A stretch of 64,000 nt of DNA from an uncultured virus (IMG/VR IMGVR_UViG_3300021431_000098). Taxonomy: Duplodnaviria > Heunggongvirae > Uroviricota > Caudoviricetes > Crassvirales. The stretch lies in the IMG/VR virus record IMGVR_UViG_3300021431_000098. The stretch is one strand, 5' to 3'. Position numbers and translations under genes: made by a program. This document shows, in pieces, positions 47,303-55,900 of the stretch. The notes under the pieces are model-generated. The model had not been told where the DNA came from. It searched no databases and was given only the letters and a program-made list of their open reading frames with translations. Numbering within the stretch: position 1 is the stretch's first letter; each line of letters begins with the position of its first letter.

Positions 47303-48376
47303 ATGAGTAGATATAGAGTAAAAGGTTTGCCTTGGTCTAATGGTATTGGCACTCATGTAGATGGGTGCCATACCTCCCAAGAAGTAATGCAAGAAGCAGG
47401 TCTTAATTGGATTGTTAAAAAATGTGAACTTATGGCTCAAATGCCTTTCACATTTGGTGGTGACAATACTATTACAGACGTAGATAAATTAAATGGTGTA
47501 TTTGCAAAAGATGGATATATTTATAGAAATTGTCCTAATGCTTATGCAACATACCGTACAGATATTAATGTTCCTCTTGGACTAGTAAAGTCTAAATATG
47601 AGGTTGTACAAAATAGAGATGCTTTCAACTTCTTTGATGAAGCTATTGGAGAAGGTAAAGCACTTTGGCAATATGCTGGAATGTTTGGATATGGACATAA
47701 AATATTTGTATGTGCTAAACTTCCTATTGAAACACAAGTAAACGGTGACCCGATAGATAATTATCTTGTGTTTAGTAACTCTCATGATGGTAGTAGTAGT
47801 ATTACTATTATGTTCACTCCTATTAGAGTATTTTGTACAAATTGTCTTAATGCTGGATTAAAATCTACAGATAGTTATATACGTATTCGTCATACAGAAT
47901 CTGCTAAAGAAAAGATAGAAAGAGGTAGTGAAATTCTTAGAATTGCTTGTGAAAATGCTAAAACTTCGCAAGAACTTTATAGTTCTCTAAGTAAAATTAA
48001 TATGTCTGATGATGAAGTATTGAGATATATTTGTGAACTTGTATTGTCAAAAGAAGAATATATGGCTGTTCTTCAGTATGATTCTACTAAAGGTTTTGAG
48101 AAACTTAAAAATAAAAACATTTATGCTATTGAAGCCTCAAAAGTATCTATAACTAAAGCTAATAAAATTGCTACTATTTATGACTATTACTTCAATGGAG
48201 TTGCTCAAGAAAATATTATTGGAACTGGTTGGGGAGCATATAATGCTATTACAGGTTATTTTTCAAATGTAGTTAATCTTGAAGGTGAAAAACGAATGGA
48301 TAGTCTACTTTGGAATAATGGTAATAGAGTTACTCAAAACGCTATTGAAACTATATTTAATCTTAAAGCTGCTTAA
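47303..48376 (+). CDS. DUF932/DUF945-family phage protein
   Basis: AGLNW, Y.VVQN..AF.F, NSHDGS, PIRVFC.N, IRHT, GTGWGAYNAIT. Confidence 0.85.
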   Translation: MSRYRVKGLPWSNGIGTHVDGCHTSQEVMQEAGLNWIVKKCELMAQMPFTFGGDNTITDVDKLNGVFAKDGYIYRNCPNAYATYRTDINVPLGLVKSKYEVVQNRDAFNFFDEAIGEGKALWQYAGMFGYGHKIFVCAKLPIETQVNGDPIDNYLVFSNSHDGSSSITIMFTPIRVFCTNCLNAGLKSTDSYIRIRHTESAKEKIERGSEILRIACENAKTSQELYSSLSKINMSDDEVLRYICELVLSKEEYMAVLQYDSTKGFEKLKNKNIYAIEASKVSITKANKIATIYDYYFNGVAQENIIGTGWGAYNAITGYFSNVVNLEGEKRMDSLLWNNGNRVTQNAIETIFNLKAA

Positions 48377-48377
48377 T

Positions 48378-48605
48378 ATGGTTGAACTAACATATAAAGA
48401 AATAAGAATAATAAGACCACATACAGAAGATGCTATGAAAATTGAAGTAACTTGTAAATGTGATTCTATGTCAGAAATAGTTGGAGTTGCTAAATATATT
48501 CATAAATCTAAAGAATGTTTGTATGCTGTTTGTGATGGTGTTCTTTATTTTCTTGATGGCAGGAACGATGCAGGATATTTGATAAGTAGAATAGTAAATA
48601 TGTAA
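48378..48605 (+). CDS. hypothetical protein
   Basis: ATG at 48378 just after the DUF932 stop. Confidence 0.6.
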   Translation: MVELTYKEIRIIRPHTEDAMKIEVTCKCDSMSEIVGVAKYIHKSKECLYAVCDGVLYFLDGRNDAGYLISRIVNM

Positions 48606-48608
48606 GTT

Positions 48609-48962
48609 ATGGACTATATTAGAAAATTTAATCCTGACACAAGTTATACTCCAAAAGAAGGAGATAAATTGTATGACATTCATCAAAAAGCTATCAAAGG
48701 AGAGAAACTTACTGATGCTGAAAAAGAATATATTACTCATGCTATAATATCTTCTAGCTATCACGGAACAACAACTAGATTATTAGGTTGGGAATTTGAT
48801 TTTTCTCCTATTCTTCATAAGATTCTAGTACAATTTGTATATGGAAGTTATGAAATATTTTATGGTATTAATAAAACCTATTTACGAAATGAACTAGGAC
48901 GTGGTGTCAGAGCAATGACTTATGTTGATTGTGATGGTAAAGTGAAGAAACCATACGATTAA
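48609..48962 (+). CDS. hypothetical protein
   Basis: 117 aa. Confidence 0.7.
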   Translation: MDYIRKFNPDTSYTPKEGDKLYDIHQKAIKGEKLTDAEKEYITHAIISSSYHGTTTRLLGWEFDFSPILHKILVQFVYGSYEIFYGINKTYLRNELGRGVRAMTYVDCDGKVKKPYD

Positions 48963-48964
48963 TC

Positions 48965-49031
48965 ATATCTTCTTTACGGGGGATTGGGAATACAACTTAT
49001 AGTGCTTATTCCTATCCCCCTGTAAAGAGAA
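48965..49031 (+). promoter_or_regulatory. inverted-repeat element built from two GGGGG motifs (homologous to 21520-21567)
   Basis: ATATCTTCTTTACGGGGGATTGGGAATACA...TATTCCTATCCCCCTGTAAAGAGAA. Confidence 0.7.
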
Positions 49032-49132
49032 TTGTGGATAATCTTGTTGATGGAGATTAATGTATTTACTTGGCAGTATATAAATATATTATAATGTGAT
49101 AGAAGCTAATGTATATCAGAGAGTTATGATGT

Positions 49133-49213
49133 AAAAATTAGGTCTATTAAACCAAATTTAACTTTTATTAAGATTAAAAATTGGGTGTAATAGACCAAAT
49201 TTTTGTATTTTTG
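49133..49213 (+). promoter_or_regulatory. 27-bp inverted repeat abutting a -7 element (TATTTTTG 49206-13)
   Basis: AAAAATTAGGTCTATTAAACCAAATTT versus the reverse complement of 49178-49204, 3 mismatches. Confidence 0.6.
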
Positions 49214-49238
49214 TATTCATATTATTACATACGATGAT

Positions 49239-49727
49239 ATGATTATAATCGGAAATAGAATTATTAATTACAACTATTTAAAAAATACATTTACTACAAA
49301 AATTAATTTAGAAAAGGTAGTAACTGATGTAGATGATGATGGCGATGAATATAGAAAAACAGTCAAATATATGCCAAATAAATGTTTAATCGATAATGCT
49401 TTGTTTAATATATTAAGGAAAGAACCTTATTATGTTAGCAGAGTGGTAAGTTATATTATAAACAATTTAGTTTATGGTACAAATACTTTAGAATTGAAAG
49501 GAACAATTATTGCTGAAATTGAACATCTAGATAATAGTGATGTTAGTAAAGCTTTGACTAGACTACAAGAACTTGAAATAATAAAAGCTGTTGCTGATAT
49601 TGATTATTATAAAGATAAAAAAGTAAGTAAAAAATTATATACAATAAATCACAATTATATCTTCAAAGGAAACTTTATGAAATTAAAGAAAGAATTTGAA
49701 GAACAAGAAAAACTTTTAAAACAATAA
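49239..49727 (+). CDS. RepL-like winged-helix protein
   Basis: HTH (VSKALTRLQELEII) and wing YTINHNYIFKG; ATG at 49239. Confidence 0.7.
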   Translation: MIIIGNRIINYNYLKNTFTTKINLEKVVTDVDDDGDEYRKTVKYMPNKCLIDNALFNILRKEPYYVSRVVSYIINNLVYGTNTLELKGTIIAEIEHLDNSDVSKALTRLQELEIIKAVADIDYYKDKKVSKKLYTINHNYIFKGNFMKLKKEFEEQEKLLKQ

Positions 49728-49743
49728 TAAATACATTTAAATT

Positions 49744-50304
49744 ATGTGTACTTTACAATTAAAATCGATAAATGGTGAAGATGTATTTATCGATAAAAAT
49801 GAAATCAGTAAAATTATAAAAGCACTTAACGTAGATATTGAAAATATAACAAGTGTTAAGGTTAAACCAGCTATGGAAGTAAAAATTAAGAAACTTAATC
49901 CTGATGCAGTAATTCCTACTTATGCAAAACCTGGTGATGCTGGAATGGATTTAACTGCTGTTGACATTCATTATGACGATAATTATAATATTGTTTACAA
50001 AACAGGTCTTGCATTTGAGATTCCCGAAGGATATGTAGGACTTATCTTTCCTCGTAGTTCTAACCGCAAAACTGATATGTATTTGACAAATTCAGTTGGT
50101 GTTATTGATAGTGGATATAGAGGAGAAGTTGCGGTATCATTTAAGCATAGAGATATTGATTCTTCTAGAGATACTGAATATAAAAGAGGAGATAGAGTTG
50201 CTCAAATGATTATTATGCCTTATCCTCCTATTGAATTTGTTGAAGTAAATGAATTATCTAAAACTGAAAGAGGAGAAGGAGGCCATGGGTCTACAGGCAA
50301 GTGA
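49744..50304 (+). CDS. dut: dUTPase (trimeric) with N-terminal extension
   Basis: AGMDL, PRSS, GVIDSGYRGE, RVAQ, RGEGGHGSTG. Confidence 0.93.
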   Translation: MCTLQLKSINGEDVFIDKNEISKIIKALNVDIENITSVKVKPAMEVKIKKLNPDAVIPTYAKPGDAGMDLTAVDIHYDDNYNIVYKTGLAFEIPEGYVGLIFPRSSNRKTDMYLTNSVGVIDSGYRGEVAVSFKHRDIDSSRDTEYKRGDRVAQMIIMPYPPIEFVEVNELSKTERGEGGHGSTGK

Positions 50305-50647
50305 TAATAATAAACCTCAAATTAGTCTTAAACTTTATTGTAAATGGCTTACTGATAGATACAATAACCTTAAACGTAAGTGCAATACTCTAAAAGTTGT
50401 CAATATAGCAAAAGATAAAGAGATAGAAAGACTAAAGAAACAAATAGATTTTATTAATTCTAATAATAAAGTTGTAAATAATAAATATCTTAATGAAAAA
50501 CAAGAATTTCAAAAAGAACTTTATAAAGAAGATGTAATAAAATCTTATCAAGGTAAAATTAAAGCTCAAGAACATCAAATAAAATGTTTAAGAGAAGCAA
50601 ATAATAAATTAATTAGTAAAAATTTAAAACTTAAAGAACATGAATGA
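50285..50647 (+). CDS. coiled-coil hypothetical protein
   Basis: Heptad pattern. Confidence 0.6.
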   Translation: MGLQASDNNKPQISLKLYCKWLTDRYNNLKRKCNTLKVVNIAKDKEIERLKKQIDFINSNNKVVNNKYLNEKQEFQKELYKEDVIKSYQGKIKAQEHQIKCLREANNKLISKNLKLKEHE

Positions 50648-50990
50648 TTTTGTAAAAAGAATGATTGTTGAACACAAAGAACTTTGTGAAAAGATTGACA
50701 AACTTAATGAAGTTGTATATAACGATGAGAATCCTATTCATAAACAAACTAATAAGTATGATTACGCTAATATGTGTATGCAACTTATGAGTATGAAGAA
50801 TTATGCTAAGGCTCTTGAGTGTCGTCTTAACAATCAAGGTATTTATATTGATGCCGATTGTGATTATGTACAGAAACTTAAAGTAGATGCTCCTAAAGTT
50901 GTAGATTACTTTGTTGCTGTAGATTTGGCATCCCCCGTAGAGAAGAATAATGATAGACCTCATAATGATGACGTTGACATGAAAAAATGA
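50640..50990 (+). CDS. hypothetical protein (common phage two-helix family)
   Basis: RM..E..EL..KI.KL...QL..M..Y...L..R. Confidence 0.7.
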   Translation: MNDFVKRMIVEHKELCEKIDKLNEVVYNDENPIHKQTNKYDYANMCMQLMSMKNYAKALECRLNNQGIYIDADCDYVQKLKVDAPKVVDYFVAVDLASPVEKNNDRPHNDDVDMKK

Positions 50991-51271
50991 TTGAAGTTAG
51001 AATTATAACAACTGAAGGTTGTGAAGGTTGTAGAATAATGAAAAATATTGCTAACAAAGCAGTTAACCAATTAACTTCTGATTCAAATCTTGATATTAAA
51101 GTTAAAACTTTTGATTGTCTTGATAAATCAATTCGACATTTTGTAAATAGGTATCAAGTTAAAGATTATCCTGCAACGTTCATATTAAAAGATGATAAGG
51201 TTGTTGATAGAATTTTTGGAACGTGTACTAAACAAGCAATGATAAATACATTTACTAAATATATATTTTGA
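50987..51271 (+). CDS. thioredoxin-like protein
   Basis: CEGC motif, cis-Pro YPAT. Confidence 0.85.
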   Translation: MIEVRIITTEGCEGCRIMKNIANKAVNQLTSDSNLDIKVKTFDCLDKSIRHFVNRYQVKDYPATFILKDDKVVDRIFGTCTKQAMINTFTKYIF

Positions 51272-51293
51272 TTGTTGTCTTGTTGGTTTGCTT

Positions 51294-51333
51294 GCCCTCT
51301 TAGTAGTGATACTGAGAGGGCTTATTTTTTTTT
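51294..51333 (+). terminator. intrinsic terminator
   Basis: GCCCTCTTAGTA / TACTGAGAGGGC plus long T-run. Confidence 0.85.
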
Positions 51334-51346
51334 AATATTATTGCTT

Positions 51347-51529
51347 ATGGTTATATTCACTAAATGTAGTAAATGTGGACAGTATCATGATTTACCTATT
51401 ATAAGATTATTTAGTAATTTTAGAACAGGTAGATGTCTTGTGATATGTTGGAATAAATTTAAAGTGTTTAATCTATATTATACTCCTCGTAGTAAAAATA
51501 GTGGAATTGTTAGTAGTAAGCCGAAATGA
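51347..51529 (+). CDS. possible small Zn-ribbon protein
   Basis: MVIFTKCSKCG...C..IC; lies after a terminator, so expression is uncertain. Confidence 0.35.
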   Translation: MVIFTKCSKCGQYHDLPIIRLFSNFRTGRCLVICWNKFKVFNLYYTPRSKNSGIVSSKPK

Positions 51530-51702
51530 TGATTGGATTTGTTAGATTGGAGTTGAAATTGGAGTGTAAAATGGCTGAGAATGCCGATATTATCTTCTTT
51601 ACGAGGGTTTTACATTCCAAGTGGATAGTTAATCCCGAATGAAATTTTAACACGAAAATAATGATTTTGAAAAATATAAAAATTTTTGATTAATAAGAGT
51701 AT

Positions 51703-51742
51703 AAATAAAAAGAGAAGTAGAATTAACTACTTCTCTTATTTG
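51703..51742. terminator. bidirectional terminator between convergent modules
   Basis: AAGAGAAGTAG / CTACTTCTCTT flanked by A- and T-rich runs. Confidence 0.75.
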
Positions 51743-51754
51743 TTTTATTGTTTA

Positions 51755-52939
51755 TTATTTTCTTTTCTTAGCACCTGGCTTACTTTGTGAAGCTCTTTGT
51801 CGTGTAGATTTTGTAGAAACTTTAGGCTTAGGCTGTGGGCCTACTTGAGAATTATATTGACCATAAGGCTGAATATTAGGATTATCGTAAGCTTGTTTAG
51901 TATGTGTTCTTTGATAAATTTTACCTTTTATTCTACTAACTAAATTTTGTCTATTTTCTGATTTAGGTTTAGCTGTACTTAAACTTTTACGTTCTGCTTG
52001 TTTAGAAGCTTTATTAGCTTGTTTGATTCCTCTAACATTATCTCTAGCTATAGTGTTTTGAAGTCTTCTAACTTCTCTCATTGTTCTACGAGTATTAATA
52101 GGAGGTGCAGGTTCTTCCATTAATCTATTTGCTTCTTTAATACCTCTAACATTATCTCTAGCTATACGATTATCTCTAACTCTGTTTATAACATGATTTG
52201 CAGTTCCTCTTGTCATATTAGCAGCTTCTACAACATATGGCAATGCTGCTTCTCCTGCTAATAGAAAACCAGGAGCTGCTGCTGCTACATTAGCAAAAGT
52301 TTCTAATCCTTTATAATTAGGTCTAGCAGCAATTCTTTGCTCAGCTCTTCTACCTTGAGCCATTCTTTGATTTCTATAATATTCGTCTCTAGCTCTTTGA
52401 TTGTTTATCTGTCTTTGATATCTAGCTTTAATCATATCATCATTACTCATTCTATTGCTAGTAACATTTACTTCTGGCAAATCTCTAGTAGCTTTATAGA
52501 TGTTATTATTAGTATCATTTACATTAAATTCTGGCAATGTTTTACCTGTAGCAGGAACGTAATTGTCATTATTATTACTTCTTGTAGTTGCTGGTCTAGC
52601 TGTTTGTCTTTGAGTAGAAGAACTTGTACTTTGAGTATTGTTACTACCAGGAATAGTAAGATTGTCACCTACATAAATTTTATTTACATCTTGAATACCA
52701 TTGGCTTCTGCAATAGCTTGTACAGTAGTACCATAACGTCTAGCAATTGCTGAGAGAGTATCTCCTTTTTGAATAGTATACCCTCCGTTAGTGTTTCTAC
52801 GTTTACGAGTAGCAGGAGCTGTAGCACTTTGACTTCTAGATTGCATTTCTGCAATATAGTCAGTAGGTTGTTGATAATAACGATTTGCTTGTTGCCAAGC
52901 TGGGACTTGACGTCCACGAGTTGTTTCTAAACTTGCCAT
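51755..52939 (-). CDS. LysM-domain, basic, low-complexity virion/ejected protein
   Basis: YTIQKGDTLSAIARRYGTTVQAIAEANGI...LTIP; A/G-rich hydrophobic segment; IARDNVRGIK repeat. Confidence 0.8.
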   Translation of the reverse strand: MASLETTRGRQVPAWQQANRYYQQPTDYIAEMQSRSQSATAPATRKRRNTNGGYTIQKGDTLSAIARRYGTTVQAIAEANGIQDVNKIYVGDNLTIPGSNNTQSTSSSTQRQTARPATTRSNNNDNYVPATGKTLPEFNVNDTNNNIYKATRDLPEVNVTSNRMSNDDMIKARYQRQINNQRARDEYYRNQRMAQGRRAEQRIAARPNYKGLETFANVAAAAPGFLLAGEAALPYVVEAANMTRGTANHVINRVRDNRIARDNVRGIKEANRLMEEPAPPINTRRTMREVRRLQNTIARDNVRGIKQANKASKQAERKSLSTAKPKSENRQNLVSRIKGKIYQRTHTKQAYDNPNIQPYGQYNSQVGPQPKPKVSTKSTRQRASQSKPGAKKRK

Positions 52940-52976
52940 AATTTTATTTGTTTTTTAACGTTAAAAAATGAATTAA

Positions 52977-55900
52977 TTAATCACTTATCCATTCTGCTAT
53001 ACTTTGTGTAGGAATAACTGTTAAAGCTGTTTCTCCAAGTTTATAATATTTATTATTTTTATCAAGTCTACTTAACATATTAATAGAATGATATAGAGGA
53101 ATGTTTCGCATTAATTTAACTTTAACTTTATTTTCTCCAGCATACAAACCTGAAGTATAAGTTGCATCAAATTCATCACCTTGAATGATATATTGTGATA
53201 TAAGACCCATAGTATTCAATAAATCACCAGCCCCAGACATAGCAGCAACAGGAGATGACCAAAGTTTTCTAGCTTCACTAGCAGCACCAAAAGGATTGTA
53301 CATAAAACTTTCAGCAGCAAGTCTATCTGATTCATAAATCATAAAGTTATACAAGAAACCTTTATCATCGTTATCATCAGCAATACATTGAATTGCAACA
53401 CTAAGACAGATAGCAGCGAGAACACCATAAATATCTCCCATAGCTCTACGAATATTTGCTTTATCATATTCACTCATACTATCTTTATAAAGTCTATAAT
53501 GAGTAAAGAAATCAATATAAGTTTTGAATATATTTTGAATCCCTTTAACATTTTGCAATTCACTATCAGTCATTCCAGTATCTTTCTGAAGTTTTTTAAC
53601 ATAATTTCTATTTCGTAATGGCATTGCTAAAAAGTCTATTAATGATTGATAAGCACCTTTTTCTACAGTACCTCTTTCCTCATTATAATAACCTATTCTT
53701 CTATAGCGTTTCATAATACCAGGATAGATATGTTTATGATATTGCATAAGCAAACTTCCATACCAAAATTTTTCAAGTTGTGCAGCATCTAATTTACCAT
53801 AGTTACCATGAATCTTTTTATTAATACTTATAACACGTTGTTTAAATTGTCCTAAAAGCTTATAAGCATCAGCTCCCATAGATTCTAGTTTACCGCCTTG
53901 TTTAAATTCCATAATTCCATTTTCACCAAGAACTAATTCGCTACGAAGAGTTGGATGCAATTCATCATTTTCAAAATCTATTTTAGCTTGCTTAATATAT
54001 TCCTCACGTTTTTGATTATACTCTTTAAGCCTATCTTTAAGATATATTTGACTAAATTTAGCAGCTAAATCTTCTCTAAAATCAGTATAGTTAACTTTAC
54101 TATTATCGTTTCTTAATTCATATGTTTTAAATTCTTCCCACAACTTCTTTTCTTTTTCATCAAGCATACTTTCAAGCACAATATAAGAAGAATCTCTAAC
54201 AACTTCAGCTAAATTTTTATATTCATATTTAGGTTTTCCGTTTATTTTCCAATCAGCATTGAAATAAAGTCTATGAGAAGCTAAAGCACCAAACAATCCA
54301 GCACCTATTTGCATAAGATGTTCACCCATGTGAAGAGGACTATATTCGAAATCTCTAATCTTTTGCAAAGTATCTTCCAAATCAGGAGTTCTAACAACAC
54401 CTTCTAGTTCACCATAATCAAGTACATTAAAGAATTTAGCGATAGCAGATTGAACTGTAGTTGCTTTATCTTTATAAGAATCAGCAGCATAACTTGCCAT
54501 TCCAAGAGCATAATCTTGTAAACCTTTATGTATTGCCTTATATGGAAGAACGTCTCTAGCAGCACCTTCTGCAATAATTTGATATTTACCAACTAAAACG
54601 TTAGCAACACCGCCTGTTATATTAAATGTCATAAACTTAGCAGAAGTAAGAGATTGAACAATATTAGCAGCTTTTATAAGACCTGGATTAGTTTCTTCTT
54701 TATATTGGTCATATAGATAACGTCTAAACCAGTTTTGAAATTGATTTATTAATTGTGTATCTTCAGTTTCTATAACTCCATGCTTATCTCTTTTAAGTTT
54801 TTTAGACATTAATACTCTTTTTTTAGATTGCATAGATTTCAACATCTCTATTGCAAAGAAACCTAAATACTTTTCTTCTTGCTTAGCATTAAAATGACAC
54901 ATATTAAGAATGAAATTATCCATAACATCTTTCCAATTATCATCTATTTGCCCAGCATGAATTTCTTTTCTTTTAGCTTCTTGTTCTCTACGTTTACGTC
55001 TATTTTCTAAAAGTAAATTGTAGTAGTCTTTATCACTCATCCCATTTTCTTTTACGGGGGTGGTATAATCAATCTCAGGAGTTTCATTAGTGACAAGCCA
55101 TTCTAGTAAAGGAAGTCCTGTTACATCATCATGAGCATAATCAATATTTTCTCTAAATTCTTTAGAACTTGTTGACATATCAACCCAACCAACAAGTTTA
55201 CCTAATTCTTTAGCAACTTTTTTACCAGTTAATTCTTCTTTCTTTCTCTGAGCAGGAAGATGATTATTGTTCATCCATTTAATTCCACTATCCAAATGAA
55301 TAAGTTCTTGCATAGTTTTTAAAATAAGATTTTTAAGTCTTATTTCATATTCATTAGGATTGTAATCAGGATTTGAATAATCTTTAGTATCAGTATATCT
55401 AGAATTAGGTGTTTCTAGTTTTTTACCCCCTTTTTTAAAGTTATTGATAGTATATCCATATTTATGGTCATGATTAGTCATGTCTTTAGAACCATCTGGA
55501 TTGCCATAGACATCTTTACCGTCTTTAGGTCTTCTACTTTTTTGAGCATAAGCTGGTTCATATTGATATGTAGAAACCCAATCACCATTATTAGTAGTAT
55601 ATCCAAGAGCAAGATAAGTCCAACAATCAACAGGTACCGTAGTATGAGTATGAGGATTGTAAATATGATTAGCATCATACCAATCTTGATAATTCTTATC
55701 AGCATTAGGATTACCTGCAGCTCTTTCCTCTTCTCTTAAAGCTATACGTCTACGAAGTTCAGCAGTATAATAAGGAGTTTCTAAAGTTCTAGTATGTTCT
55801 TTTATGGTTTTGAGGGCTTCAGTTCTTTGCTTATCTACAAATTTATGATAATTTTTAGCACTAGGAACACAATAACCGAAAATATAATGATTTATAGTGT

